Below, in pieces: positions 25,801-40,047 of a stretch of 64,000 nucleotides of DNA; position 1 is the first letter of the stretch, and every line of letters starts with the position of its first letter. The notes under the pieces were generated by a model that saw nothing but the letters and a program-made list of their open reading frames with translations, was not told the DNA's origin and did not search any database. The translations under genes and the position numbers were made by a program. The stretch is from Octopus sinensis (lineage: Eukaryota), in NCBI RefSeq assembly GCF_006345805.1, contig NC_043021.1, positions 7,626,001-7,690,000 on the forward strand, given 5' to 3'.

Positions 25801-26728
25801 TTAAAGTTTAATATTGTCTTAATACTAAATACATTGTATAAACGCAGGGTAGCCATGTACCTTCTCTAAAGCAAGCCACCACTACTTGTTCCAGGCATAA
25901 AATCTCATCTCCACCCTCTCGAATACACATCTGCATAGACAAAGGGTCTTTTTCTCTGTCACCCTTTTCTTGTTCTCTCCAGTCTTGCAAGTTACTTGGC
26001 AACACAACAAGGGTTGGTGGCACATAAAAAGCCCCCAGGACACACAGTAAAGTAGTTGGCATTAGAGAGGCCAAACACCATAGAAACCACACCAAAGCTG
26101 ACTTGCAGCACGATGCAGCCTTGTGGCTCACCGATTCCTGTCAAACTGTCCAACCCATGCAACTTGGTAAATGGACATTACATGGAACTTCTCTCCCATA
26201 TTAACTTTGGTAAGTCTTCAATTCCACATGAGATGCCTTTGCCAATAACATCACACCAACGTAGCTGAGTGACCTTCATCTCCCATTAGGGAGAAGCAAT
26301 CTCCAAACTATAACATTTGACAGAGTCTGGTGTTCTACACAATTGCAATGGTCAACAAAGCCTACCCAGTATTGAACAACTAATATACATCTGAAATATC
26401 AATATACTTTCCTTGTATGTTAAGTAATATGCACATCATAAGTTTTAATAAATAATTCTGCACCTGTCAAAAGTATACACATTACACATCCTACTGTGTG
26501 TGTGTGTATACGGTATACCTAATAGAAGTGGCATTAAATTAAAATTGCAATCTGTCTATCATGCTAAATGTATACACATGTTAGAAGGCATGAAGCTGTG
26601 GAATCATCTGAGATTAAATCTCTTCATAGACTTCCTGCCTTCGAATGATATGTATACATTTAGTATGATACATAGATGACTGTGTGTGAGTGTTTTTAAA
26701 TAAAGACACGCCATATATTTCATCTAGT

Positions 26729-26772
<44 letters not shown>

Positions 26773-27562
26773 TATATCTGTTAGTCAGTCAGGAAGGGAG
26801 TACTCATGACCTAAACAGTTCATTTATCTGTCTCCAACAGCTACAACTCATTATCCTACAAATTTCTAACCTTATGCATCTACCGTAAAACAAATTATTA
26901 TTATTATTGTTATTAATAATAATTATTATAATTAAGGCAGCGAGCTTAATTATAGGTAGATAGATAAGGGGGAGAGAGAGAAATATATACTTTTATTAGA
27001 GTTGTTATGCACACTCCAGTATTCATCACAATTGTTTAACGAATGGGAACGTGAAATTCTGAGTAGCAGCTTTAATAAAAGCATATTACTCTACCTTAGG
27101 TATTCGAGCACTATTTTTTCCACCTTGTTTTGTATTTATGTACCTACTTGTGTGTGTGCGTATGTGTGTGTGCGCGCGTATGTGTGTGTGTTTGTGTGTA
27201 CACATGTGCACACACAGACGTACACGTATACACTCATTCATACACACATACAAAATGTGTCATGTCAACAAATCAAATTTGCTATCAGTGTACTCCCATC
27301 CCTTGAACTGTCCTCAATCCCCTTCACTGCTGCCCCTTAATATCTTTATCATTTCAATCATCTCCACTCCCTTATCATTAGAGAGCTTTAGACAAATAGG
27401 AATGGGGAGAAATGTGAAACGGATTTGCATCATATTAGTTTTTTAAATAGTTTGTATATTTTTTACATACATCATATATACACACACACACACACACAAA
27501 AGTATATATAAACTCACATATATATATATAAAAATATATACACATATATATGCACACACATG

Positions 27563-27608
<46 letters not shown>

Positions 27609-29136
27609 TATATATATATGCACACACGTATATATATATATATACACACACACATATATATATACACACAAACATTTGCACGCGCACGCACACACACACA
27701 CACATGCATAAATATTCTCTTTTGGAACAATGAATCTTGAAGTACTCAATGCTATAAATAATAGTATGTAAATACTGGGTTAAAAATATTGAACAAAAAA
27801 AAAAATTCAAAGGCTGCTCATGTACCATGAATCCACATTTCCCATAAAGCTGACAGGCATTCTACCATTGGACAAAAGCAATCCTTTTCACTTCCCCTAT
27901 TTTAGAGAATTTATTCTTACCAGCGAGAATTGTATGTTGTTGACGTCATTAACATTGAAACATGAAGAATATATACAGCGATATAACACTGAAACCTGAA
28001 GTAGATTTAAAGCTATATAACACTGAAACTCAAATATATACATATAAAGTTTATGATGTCAACAATGCATATATATATGCATATATACACACACACACAT
28101 TCAGTATATATCATCATCATCACTGTTTAGTGTCCGCCTTCCATGCTAGCATGGGTTGGACAGTTCAACTGGGGTCTGGGAAGCCAGAAGGCTGCACCAG
28201 GCCCAGTCTGATCTGGCAATGTTTCTACGGCTGGATGCCCTTCCTAACGCCAACCACGCACATTCACAAACACATCATCATCATCATTTGATGTCAGTTT
28301 TCCATGCTGGGCTAGGTTGGATGGTTTGACAGGAGCTGGCAGGTCAGAAGAATGTGCCAAGTTCTATTGTCTGTTTTGATTTAGTTTCTTAGTTCTTTAC
28401 TACCCACAAGGGGCTAAACACAGAGAGGACAAACAAGGATAGACAAACGGATTAAGTCAATTATAACAACCCCAATGTGTAACTGGTACTTATTTAATCG
28501 ACCCCAAAAGGATGAAAGGCAAAGTCGACCTCGGCGGAATTTGAACTCAGAACGTAGCAGCAGACAAAATACTGCTAAGCATTTCGCCCGGCGTGCTAAC
28601 GTTTCTGTCAGCTCACCATCTTTTGACTTAGTTTCTATGGCTGGATGTTCTTCCTAATGCCAAGAACTTTACAGAATGTACTGGGTGCTTTTTATGTGAC
28701 ACCAGCAGCAGTAAGCTCACCAAGTACATAAATACATAGATAAACATACAAATGCACATACATATAAGATACACATGCATATTCATATATATATATATAT
28801 ATATAATATATATATATATACACATAAGGAGTCAAAGGACCCTGCTAAGCACAGACCATAGTAGCCAAAGCCCATGCAGTAGAACAGCGTCTTCAGGTAG
28901 GTCAGTATGAGAAGTACACGTAAGCCTATGCTATCGTAATACAAGAGTATTACAAAAGCCTTAGAGTGCCTTTAGTAAATCAGAAGTAGTACACCAAGAG
29001 AAGATGAACTAAAGTCAACTTTGCTTTTTAGCCTTTCAGAGTTGATGAAATTAGTACAAGCTAAGCACTGGAGTCAATGTAATCAACTAGCCCACCCCTA
29101 TCAAAATTTCAGGCTGTGTGCCTATAAACAGAAAGG

Positions 29137-29184
<48 letters not shown>

Positions 29185-29479
29185 TGCTGCATGGACGACG
29201 GCAGAAAGGACATGAGAAGGACAAATTATATAAAGAGTAGGGTTTTCACATGATTGATGATGGGAAAAAAAAATGATTAAAAAACGTATACAAGGAAGAT
29301 GGACATTAAAAGATGATGATGGACTGAAGTGAAACATCCCAATATTGAGGGGTCCAGCCACCCTGAACCAACCAGGGAGCATATAAATCCCAGATTATTT
29401 TGACTACCAAGGGGTAAGGGCCCACACCCAGCCTACTGATAGTAGGCCCAGTCACAGGAGTCATTCTTATCACTCTTAC

Positions 29480-29702
29480 TCATCTTTCAGTAAATTCAAT
29501 GGAAGGCATCACTCGCAGACCACCATAATTTTCTTTGCCTTTTCTATCTAACCTCATATAACTCTCAATGGACTTGAAGATAATGAGTGCTTGACTGAAG
29601 AGGAAAGAGTTCATCGTTAGTCCGGGGGTGGGGGACAAATATGAAAACATGGAGATGTTGTCTAGACTCAGGTCATCTCTGGTTAAAAGACCTCCCACAG
29701 AC
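29480..29702 (-). CDS. Putative exon, unknown protein
   Basis: Acceptor tgcag; one open frame SVGGLLTRDDLSLDNISMFSYLSPTPGLTMNSFLFSQALIIFKSIESYMRLDRKGKENYGGLRVMPSIEFTER*; non-repetitive sequence; gtaaga donor directly after the TGA. Confidence 0.3.
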
Positions 29703-30385
29703 CTGCATTTTTATTTTTGTTATCAAACACATTCCTACTATGACTATTTTCATGAATATTTTTAGCTGTGAAGATTAAGACAAGTTTGAGAGAAGAGAAA
29801 CAAGAAGGGCATTTGGAAGTCTAACGTGTCCTTCCTTTTCTAATATGCTACTGTGTGAGTTACAGAAGATTTGGCTGATATTATTAGCAAGTTTTAAGCA
29901 AACATCTCACTGACATTTGGTTGATCAATGTCAAGATGTAAGAAGGCCAGGTAAAAGACATACAGAACCAAAAAGGAAGGAAACAGCAAAAAAAAAAAAG
30001 GTGGGGAAGGAATGAGAAAAAAGGGAGTTACAAATAAAAAGAAAATAAAGGAGAAATGGAAAGAAAAAGAGAGAAAGGGAAGAGAAGTAAAGAGAGAGGA
30101 AGAATTAAAGGGAAAGATAGAAAAGGAAACAGTGTGAATGGGGAAGAAAGTCAATGAAATAAATATGTAAATGTTTGAAGATATTTGTTGGGTGTCGTGT
30201 GCCAGACATGAAAGATAAGGGCACTCAAGTGAAAGGGAGGGGACAGAGACAAAGTAGTAAGGGTTAATGAAAATAAATAGGAAAATAGTCAAATCCACTG
30301 ATAGTTTACCTTGTGGATTGAGAGTAATGGGGTGAAGAGGGGAGGGGATGAGAAAGGAGTTGATAATGGTGTACACATGCATATA

Positions 30386-30617
30386 TATTTCTTTAATGCC
30401 CACAAGGGGGTAAACATAGAGGGGACAAACAAGGACAGACAAAGGGATTAAGTCAATTACATCGACCCCAGTGCGAAACTGGTACTTAATTTATCGACCC
30501 CGAAAGGATGAAAGGCAAAGTCGACCTCGGCGGAATTTGAACTCAGAATGTAACGACAGACGAAACATCGCTAAGCATTTCGCCCGGCGTGCTAACGATT
30601 CTGCCAGCTTGCCGCCT
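30386..30617 (-). mobile_element. SINE family B, full length with perfect 16-bp TSD
   Basis: TSD TGTACACATGCATATA at 30370-30385 and 30618-30633; central domain gtcgactttgcctttcatcctttcggggtcgataaattaagtacca resembles the Meta-type SINE core as I recall it. Confidence 0.85.
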
Positions 30618-31161
30618 TGTACACATGCATATACCCACACACACACCCCACTGCTATATAAACATTCCCATTATTGATACACATCCACAAATTCACTCAA
30701 TTAATCTCACAACCAGCCTACAAAGAGGCTTTTTGCTATGGTTGATTTACCTTCTGGAAACCAAACAGCAGCCAAAATCCACCCACAAATCCCATCCCAC
30801 TATCTTAATCTGATGCAAATCCACTTTGAAATTCCATGAGACAAGACAAACTTCCTGTTTTTAAAGTGAACTAAATTAAAAACCATCCAAAATTTCTTGC
30901 TAATCAAAATTTCCTGTTCTGAACAACCAATTTAATCATGGTTTCAAATTTTAGCACAAGAACAGCAATTTCAGTGGAGGGGTTAAAGTTGATTACATAG
31001 ACCCCCCCCCCCCCAGTGCTCAACTGGTACTTATTTTATTGGTCCTGGAAGGGCGAAAAGCAAAGTTGACTAAGGTGGAATTTGAACCCAGAACCTAAAG
31101 GCGAATGAAATGCCACTAAGCATTTTACTCAACATACTAATGATTCTGCCAGTTCACCACC

Positions 31162-31200
<39 letters not shown>

Positions 31201-31647
31201 GTAGTGGTTTCAAATTTTTCCACAAGGGCAGCAATTTTAGGGGGGTGGATGAGTCGATTACATCGTCCCTAGTGTTCATCGGCCCAAAAAGGCAAAGCTA
31301 ACCTCGGTAAAATTTGAACTCAGAAGAAGCCAAACACACCATTGCACACACCCTTCCAACCAACCACATAACTGTCTCTGATTCTGAATCTCTCTCTTTC
31401 TCTCATACACATACATTCAAACACACATAATTTCTAGTGCAACCACCAAGGTACTTCATTTCAAACTGCTTCAGTCAACTCAAGTGAAAATAATACCAGT
31501 TATAATTGGGGGATTAACTCTCTAACAGACTGACATCCTGTTCAAGGGTGACATTTTATACTCCTCATTGAAACGACAACACAGACATCAAGATAGCTTC
31601 CACTCTAATGGACCTGTAGACTCAAGACAGACCTTAAATTTTTATGT

Positions 31648-31680
<33 letters not shown>

Positions 31681-31955
31681 TGCATAATAAACAGCAGAAT
31701 CTTTTATCTTTCACCTGTTCCAATCATTAGACTGCAGCCATGCTGGAGCACCGTCTTGAAGGATATTTAGTTGAATGAATCAACCCCAGTCCTAATTTTA
31801 TTTTTATGCTTAGTACTTATTCTATTGGTCTATTTTGTCGATCTGCTAAGCCACGGGAACATAAACAAGCTGACACTGGCTTTCAAGCGATAGTAGAGGA
31901 CAAACAGACACACACATAGATACAGACATTTATATATATATATATATATATATAT

Positions 31956-32105
31956 TATCTGTAAAATAATATGTGACAATTATTCAATAGCCAAGATAAA
32001 ACTCTGAGTTTCAAAGAGATGGTGTTGTGGATTTCCACCTCGGCATCCGAAACTCAGAGTTTTATCTTGGCTATTGAATAATTTTCACATATTATTTTAC
32101 TGATA
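31956..32105. repeat. Inverted repeat (~55-bp arms) in (TA)n context
   Basis: ...attattcaatagccaagataaaactctgagtttc / gaaactcagagttttatcttggctattgaataat... Confidence 0.8.
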
Positions 32106-32984
32106 AATTTCCTCTATTTACATAATATTGAGGTCTCTTTCTTTCTTTTGTTATCTTACCATTTTTACCAATATATATATATATACACATACACACATAT
32201 ATATATAAATGTATGACAAGCTTCTTATAGTTTACGTCTACCAAATCTACTCACAGGACTTTGGTCAGCCCGAGGCTATAACAGATGACACTTGCCCAAG
32301 GGGCTACTCAATGAGACTGAACCTGGAACCATGGGGTTGGGAAGCCAACTTCTTACTACACAGTCCCACCTGTACCTACATGACCACGCCTGCATAAATT
32401 TTACATACAATTCATAATTTGTCTTTGACAGCTGTTTCAATAGAATTAAAATATTCTTTGTATAATAATTAACAAAATGTAATTGAATCATGATAGGTTA
32501 TTCATTTCATCAGAACAGAAAGACAAAATAAATCCCGATGAGATGGGCAGCCCATCACATTAATTATGTACATAAATTATTTATAATTACATAAATGATG
32601 ATGTTTTCATTCCAATAAAATAGAGGAAGCAGAAATATCAACAATAATATCTTACCATACTTTGCAACAATATGGTAATAAATTATCATTAATAATGTTG
32701 TCACTTTGAAGCTATCACAGCTGACACAGAAATGAAATAGAGTAAGCCCTTAATATATATACATACATATATATGTGTGCCTTTGTGTCTGAGCTTGTCC
32801 TCCCCTAACATCCCTTAACAGCGGGTGTTGATGTGTTTATATTTGTCTTTATGTTCTGAGTTCAAATTCCGCAAAGGTTGACTTTGCCTTTCATCCTTTT
32901 GGGGTTGATAAATTAAGTACCAGTGAAACACTGGGGCCAGTGTAATTCCCCAAAATTAAGGCCTTGTGCCTTTAGTAGAAGGGA

Positions 32985-33172
32985 TTATTATTATTATTAT
33001 TATTATTATTATTGTTATCATTATTATTATTATTATTATCATCATTATTATTATTATTATTATTATTGTTGTTATCATTATTATATTATTATTATTATTA
33101 TTATTATTGTTGTTGTTATCATTATTATTATTATCATTATTATTATTATTATTATTATTATTGTTGTTGTTA

Positions 33173-33210
<38 letters not shown>

Positions 33211-33320
33211 GTTGTTGTTATCATTATTATTATTATTATCATTATTATTATTATTATTATTATTATTGTTGTTGTTATCATTATTATTATTATTATTATT
33301 ATCATCATTATTATCATACT
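32985..33320. repeat. Compound (TAT)n microsatellite with periodic tgttgttatcat interruptions
   Basis: Read directly; source of the poly-I/L/Y ORFs in the track. Confidence 0.9.
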
Positions 33321-33791
33321 TTCTTTAATCAGGCAGATGAGGCAGTTTTCCTTTGCCTGGTGATGGTAACAAAAGACATTTTCTGATGGACAATGACTTT
33401 CCTCTTTGGCAGAGCCCTAATCAACTTTTTCAAGTTTCACTTGAAAAGAAAAGTGAGGGTGGAGAGAGAGGTGCTACCCTCAAGTGAATTTATCAAAAAG
33501 TGGGTGAAAATTGCAAAAATGGCAAGAGTGGATGGTATCACTCTAAAACCTGTGATTAGAAGAAAGGAGTTGCAAAGGACACTCGTCCATGGTATTCAGG
33601 GTGATCTTGGATGGTGAGGTTCCTCGATTTGCCCTAGATCCTCCTGGGTCAGGAGGGCCACATCGCTATCATCATCTCCACTTGATTTTTATTTTCATTT
33701 TATTTCAGTTTTATTATTATATACTGTGTATGCTTCCCTGCTCTATCTTATTGTATACTTTCTATACATCTATATATATATATATATATAC

Positions 33792-33982
33792 GCCATGATA
33801 GATCGCTAGCCACTACACATTCTTTATTTTCTCTCCTCGTTTCTTTCTGTGTCCCTTTCTGTGGAAGGGCGTAGGCTCGAAACATTAAAGACTTTTTCAC
33901 TTCCTGAGTGTTATACAAATACATCTGTTTGTTGTGTACACCACCTGTCTTCGTCTTTTGGTTTTTTGTGAATTCTCCCCCT
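33792..33982 (+). mobile_element. Copy of the same Penelope-like HHR-variant repeat
   Basis: gccatgatagatcgctagccactacac...ctttCTGTGGAaGGGCgtagGCTCGAAAcattaaagac...ctcccc, flanked by (TA)n on both sides. Confidence 0.55.
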
Positions 33983-34123
33983 ATATATATATATATATAT
34001 ATACTCTCTCATTTCATTATATGTAAATCTCCACACTTGAGGTCTGTCATTGTATAGTCCCCCTCATCTTTCATTCTTGTAGCAAATAAAAGAAATTATT
34101 ATTATTATTATTATTATTATTAA

Positions 34124-34167
<44 letters not shown>

Positions 34168-34791
34168 TCGCAAATTTACCGGAAAATTTTTCAAGCCAAA
34201 CTAAAGACACCTCACAGGACAACCTTCCAAAATGGGAGTAAAGAATATATGCCAGTAAGAGAGGAGCTATCTACAAAATTAATTTGGTCCAAACAAAAGA
34301 AATGGTCTTTTAACTTGGCTAAAATCCTTCACAATATTACAGCTGGTGACGAAGTGACACTTTATGTATAAAATTACGTGCATAGATACACACACACACA
34401 CACACACACACACTTAAATGAATAAATAGACACAAATTGAATACATAGTGAATTTTTTTTTCTTTTGTGCATATATTAAAATGTGTGTATGTTTATGCAT
34501 GTGTGAATGAGCATGTGTGTGCATGTAGCTATATATGAATATGAATGATATATACACACACACACACACATGAATGTCATGTATGTATATGTAAACATAC
34601 AAACTTTTATTTGGAAATGAGTTTGATCGTAGGATACAAATAAACATAAATACTCCACATTATGTATTGAGTTCTATTTTAATTATTTCTATAATCTTAT
34701 ACCTACACAAATACCTACTTACATAGACAGAGAGAGAGAGAGAGAGATTTATTCAACCCATGCTAGCATGGAAAACTGATGCTAGATGATG

Positions 34792-34836
<45 letters not shown>

Positions 34837-34840
<4 letters not shown>

Positions 34841-35020
34841 GGAAAGTTTACGAAAATAAACAAAAGACGAAGGCAGGTGGTGTACAAACAAACAAATGTA
34901 TTACTATAGCGCTCAGGAATAGAAAAAGTCTTTTATGTTTCAAGCCTACGCTCTTCGACAGAAAGATACACAGAAAAAAACAAGGAGAGAAAAAAAATAC
35001 GTGTAGTAGCTAACAATCTA
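34837..35020 (-). mobile_element. Copy of the same Penelope-like HHR-variant repeat
   Basis: Reverse complement gives tcttt-CTGTCGA-a-GAGC-gtag-GCTT-GAAA-cata-aaaga (34929-34966); adjacent to (TA)n. Confidence 0.55.
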
Positions 35021-35552
35021 TCTGGGAGAGAGAGAGAGAGGGGTGGTCAGAAAATATAACTGTGTTTAAATGCATATTTGGAGAGTATTGATTGTTTTGT
35101 GTCAATTTTTCTTTTCATTGTTGTTGTTATTGAGTAACCCGGTCAGTTTCAAAAGAGCAATCTTACACCAGAACAAATGTTCATTAGCAACAAGTCTTAA
35201 ATGACGTACATCCAGTTATAGTCTGCTTTAGAACAACGCTTATAAACTCCCTTTATATAGCAGGAGATGGTTGTGTTGTAAAACTGTGTGGCAGCCATGT
35301 TGTATATCTGTTTTACTGTCCTGTCTGCTCATAATAATCATCAAAAGCTTCGTTATTGGTCACAATGGAAAATAACAAGATGGACATGGCCAGTGAATAG
35401 TAGTCTTGATTTTTTCCCCCCACAGATTTTACTAAAAATAATAATTGTGAATAAGGTTCAGACAGACTTTACGGCTGTTGTAACAATGGAAATCTCTTCT
35501 TTTTTTTTTCTGAACAAATGAGTCGTCTATCTATCAAACTATATATCTATTT

Positions 35553-35783
35553 CTTTATTACCCACAAGGGGCTAAACATAGAGGGGACAAACAAGGACAG
35601 ACATAGGTATTAAGTCGATTACATCAACCCCAGTGCGTCACTGGTACTTAATTTATCGACCCCGAAAGGATGAAAGGCAAAGTTGACCTCGGCAGAATTT
35701 GAACTCACAACGCAACGGCAGACGAAATACAGCTAAGCATTTTGCCCGGCGTGCTAACGATTCTGCCAGCTCGCCGCCTTCTT
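35553..35783 (-). mobile_element. SINE family B, full length with 14-bp TSD
   Basis: TSD CTATATATCTATTT at 35539-35552 and 35784-35797. Confidence 0.85.
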
Positions 35784-36709
35784 CTATATATCTATTTATC
35801 CATACACACAGTTTCACATTACCAGGATTTTTACATTTTCTTAAGAACTTCAAAAGATATGAAATAAGTCGCTTTAACAGAGGAACATAATGTCTATAAT
35901 TCTATAAATAATAGCATGTGGAATATTATGCTAAAAATTCTCTGGATAGAAAAGAGTCAAAGGTTACTCTTGGAGCATGAACCATGACAAAAGTGTCACA
36001 AGCAACCTTCAACATTTTTCTTTCCATGAAGTTTTTAACCCAATTTTCTACAAGATATTAGATGTGGCTTTATCTACATTGATTTCCATCATTAAAATTA
36101 TTTACCACATATTATATTATAATATCATACACTATATTATTTATCATACATACATACATAGACAGACAGACAGAGAGGTAGACAGACAGACAGACAGACA
36201 GGCAGGCAGGCAGGCAGGCAGAGACAGATAGACAGGACAGACAGACAGACAGGCAGGCAGGCAGGCAGACAGACAAACAGACAGATAGACAGACAAATAG
36301 ATAGATAGATATACACACACATTTGTATTTCTTTTTACATAATTGCATTGGTCAAGAGGAAATGGTTATACCCTTGGACTTTACAGGCCTCTGAGACCAG
36401 GGAGATCAACACAGTTAACATTCATCTTGGACAATTGCAAGTTGATGGTTGCAAGAGAAATGTGTGCAAAACAGGACTTTCCAGAAGGCTGACATGGCCA
36501 GAAAATTGATAAGGGAGTACCTGAGAATACTCCTAGAAAAGATAAATGGAGTAACAGCAAAGAGGAGGGATAGAAATGTGTACATGATTGTGCACTCAAA
36601 GGAAAGAGAGTAGAGTACAGACTGACAAGCAAAGTGAGTAGAGTTGGAGTGAAAACTAGAGTAGGAGTTCTTGGAGACAGCCTTGTTGAAATAATGATGG
36701 AGAAACAAC

Positions 36710-37108
36710 AGGCGCAGGAGTGGCTGTGTGGTAAGTAGCTTGCTAACCAACCACATGGTTCCGGGTTCAGTCCCACTGCGTGGCATCTTGGGCAAGTGTC
36801 TTCTGCTATAGCCCCGGGCCGACCAACGCCTTGTGAGTGGATTTGGTAGACGGAAACTGAAAGAAGCCTGTCGTATATATGTATATATGTGTGTGTATGT
36901 GTGTGTGTGTGTTTGTCCCCCTAGCATTGCTTGACAACCGATGCTGGTGTGTTTACGTCCCCGTCACTTAGCGGTTCGGCAAAAAGAGACCGATAGAATA
37001 AGTACTGGGCTTACGAAAGAATAAGTCCCGGGGTCGATTTGCTCGACTAAAGGCGGTGCTCCAGCATGGCCGCAGTCAAATGACTGAAACAAGTAAAAGA
37101 GTAAAGAG
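36710..37108 (+). mobile_element. SINE family A, young full-length copy
   Basis: Same consensus; ends gaaacaagtaaaagagtaaaga. Confidence 0.85.
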
Positions 37109-37286
37109 AAGATGGAAAGGCCTGATGATAATTATAGGAAGTGGTAGGCAAAATAGAAGTTTAGGTATGAATCCTTGATTTCGATCAGAGTAAAATGGAG
37201 ATGATGCAGAAAAGTATTTTATTTACAATCATATCAGTAAAAGAAATTGCATAATGAGAGAAAATAATAAAAGTGGAGGTATTTAA

Positions 37287-37504
37287 CCCTTTAGCATTTA
37301 AACCGGCCATATCCGGTCAAAAGTATTCTACCTGTTTTATGTTCAAACTGGCCAGATCTGGTCTCTCACACCACCCTACAAATCGTTTTAAAAATTAAAC
37401 AGACCTCATCAAAATCTCATAGCTACAAGATAATGCCTGATTAGTTCAAAACAATGTGGATAAAAAAGGATTAATTTTCGCAGAATAATGCGAACACTAA
37501 AGGG
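37287..37504 (+). mobile_element. piggyBac-like MITE, family 1
   Basis: TTAA at 37283-37286 and 37505-37508; CCCTTTAG/CTAAAGGG termini; colinear with 22131-22341. Confidence 0.8.
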
Positions 37505-38270
37505 TTAAACCACAACAAAGGCGGCAAATTGGCAGAACTACTAGCAGCATTTTGTCTCCCTTTACATTCTGAGTTCAAATTGTGCCAAGGTTGACTTTTC
37601 CTTTCATCCTTTTGGGGGGGGGGTCTATAAAATGAGTACCAGCTGAACACTAGGATTGATTTAATCAACCTATCCCCTCCCCCCGAACTCACTGGCCTTG
37701 TGCCAAAATTTGAAACCTGTATTTAAGCCATGACTGTACAAGAGGAAGATGAAGCATAAGTGGCTGGTGAAAGTTTTAACCCTTCAGGTACATCAATATT
37801 TGAGTATATCATCCTGACTGTCGCAAAATAAGTACAAAAATTAATATTTTAAAATGTATTTATTTATATATATAATATATATATTTTTATTTATTTATTT
37901 ATAACAACATATGTAAACAAACTTTTTTTGTGTACACATCAAATGTGTATCGTAAATACCTAATCTTTCTGCTGTTTTCATGGCTATACAGTGTTCGAAA
38001 TATTACTTTCTTGTCATCATCATCGTTTAACGTCCACTTTCCATGCTAGCATGGGTTGGGCGATTTGACTGAGGACTGGCGAACCAGATGGCTGCACCAG
38101 ACTCCAGTCTGATCTGGCAGAGTTTCTACAGCTGGATGCCCTTCCTAACGCCAACCACTCCGAGAATGTAGTGGGTGCTTTTTACGTGTCAGTATGATAT
38201 ATATATATATATATGGTATGATAATCAGAAATTGCTATTGCTTATTGATGACTTTGATCTATCTACATAC

Positions 38271-38397
38271 ATTCGGAAAAATCCTCTGTTGATGGCTCTT
38301 GTACTTGAAGGGTTAAAGACAATATGGACAACACTGTGATTGGATGTGTAAGGAATTTCATTGGTTTCTAGTTCTACTGTATTGTCAAAGAAAAAAT
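38271..38397 (-). CDS. Putative exon, unknown protein (weak CUB-like C-terminal strand motif)
   Basis: Acceptor ttttctcactag, donor AT|gtatgt, open frame DFFFDNTVELETNEIPYTSNHSVVHIVFNPSSTRAINRGFFR; phase-compatible with 29480-29702. Confidence 0.25.
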
Positions 38398-38601
38398 CTA
38401 GTGAGAAAAGGGGATCAAGATGAAGATTTAGTGGGAAAAGGATCAGAAAACATGGACAGCTATAACACAATCTAAGGTCTGGTGAAAAGCCGACAACCAG
38501 AATAAAGTAGAATACAGTGGCTAACAAGCAGCATTTTACATCACTATAAAATTACATGTATTCATGTGCATGTACATATTTATATATGTATGTATATATC
38601 T

Positions 38602-38633
<32 letters not shown>

Positions 38634-39847
38634 AACGATAAACATTGCCCTTTTCAAGCCTAGCCAGGCTCATTGGCCTGGTTTCCTGGTTTCTGTGGGG
38701 TATGTGCTCCCCCCAGCTGGATGGGATGCCAGTCCATGCAGCGTTACTCAAGAAACAGGAAGAGAGAGTGAGAGAAAGTTGTGGCGAAAGCGTACAACAG
38801 GGTTCGCCACCACCCCATGCTAGATCCTTGTGAAGCTTTTAGGTGTTTTTGCTCAATGAATACACACAATGCCCGCTCTGGGAATCGAAATCGCGATCCT
38901 CTGACCACGAGTCCACTGCCCTAACCACTGGACCATTGCACCTCCACACACACATATCTATATATATATATATATATATATATCAATGCTCTTAGCTTAG
39001 ATTTTCCTTGGGGCTGGGCAGATTGGAGCAATCTAAAGATTAATCAGCCAAAATTGCGAGGATGATCCGGTTCTTGACCGAGGATAGAAGGCTTCGAATG
39101 ACCCATCCTTGTTCTTTTGTATCATCTATCTGGATGTTTTGTTGTCCTTTTTTGTATCACCTAGTTATCCGGATGTTTTGCGTTCTTGTCCCCTTTTGTA
39201 TTTTATTTAAATATATATATATATATATATATATACACTCATACACACACTGTGCATACATGACTAAGGACATATATGTGAGTAAACACAAGAGAAATAC
39301 AGAGACAAAATACAAGTGTAATATTTCTTTTATATATATTATGATGATGATGATTTTATATATAAATGAAATATTACACTTGTTTTTAATGCAATTACTG
39401 TAAAAAGATTACAATACTTTTAATATTATTGTGCAATTCATCCATTTTCTGCTTAAATAAATACACAGACACAGACACACATATAATACTCTGTGTATGA
39501 TTGTATGCATATGTGTTGATGTGTTTAGATCTATTTTGCATGTACAGTTTGTTTGTGTGTTGTGTGGTGTGTGAGTATAATGAGAGATGAGTCATGGTAT
39601 CGATTGTTCAAAGTATGCAATTCAATTGTCATTAGCCAAAAATCTATTTATCAGCATAGGAGCCTTTTTGTCATGAATGTCTGACAGTAATAGGGGGGAA
39701 AAGGATGTTTATAGGCATGCATGCCTATAGTCACCAACACAAACGCTTAAGGGACACACATTACATAAATATATATATATTTATGTATGTGTGTGTAATA
39801 TATATATATATATATTGTAATAATAATGATGATGATAATAGTAATAA

Positions 39848-40047
39848 TTGGGAACTATTCCTAAAGATCTGAACAAATGGGTAGAGGAAATGGGCATAAA
39901 ACCCAGTTTAGAACAGCTGCAGAGAACAGTGTTATTAGGGACAGCTAGAATACTTAGGAGGGTTCTTGGCATCTAAGGTTACTTGCTGTAACCCGATAGG
40001 AGGGTTTTTGGCATCTAAAGCAACTTGTTGTGGCCTGATGTTAGGAT
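39848..40047 (+). mobile_element. 5'-truncated 3' end of an R4/Dong-like (RLE-type) non-LTR retrotransposon
   Basis: ORF remnant LGTIPKDLNKWVEEMGIKPSLEQLQRTVLLGTARILRRVLGI* (stop 39974-39976) carries the typical RLE-LINE C-terminal motif LQ..VLLGTARILRRVL; 5' end abuts a TAA/TGA repeat. Confidence 0.75.

Noticed and set aside
27917-28040. Apparent minus-strand exon with strong CTG|gtaaga donor
   Set aside because: The acceptor region is a ~34-bp tandem repeat (TGTTATAT.GCT.TA.AT.T.CTTCA.GTTTCA), so the AG sites and open frames are repeat-derived.
33346-33452. Plus-strand exon candidate FPLPGDGNKRHFLMDNDFPLWQSPNQLFQVSLEKK
   Set aside because: Weak acceptor, no recognisable homology.
39040-39120. 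Possible degenerate hammerhead in a repeat (ggatga-tccggt...accgagga-tagaa)
   Set aside because: Neither CUGANGA nor GAAA is intact, and no stem I or III was found.
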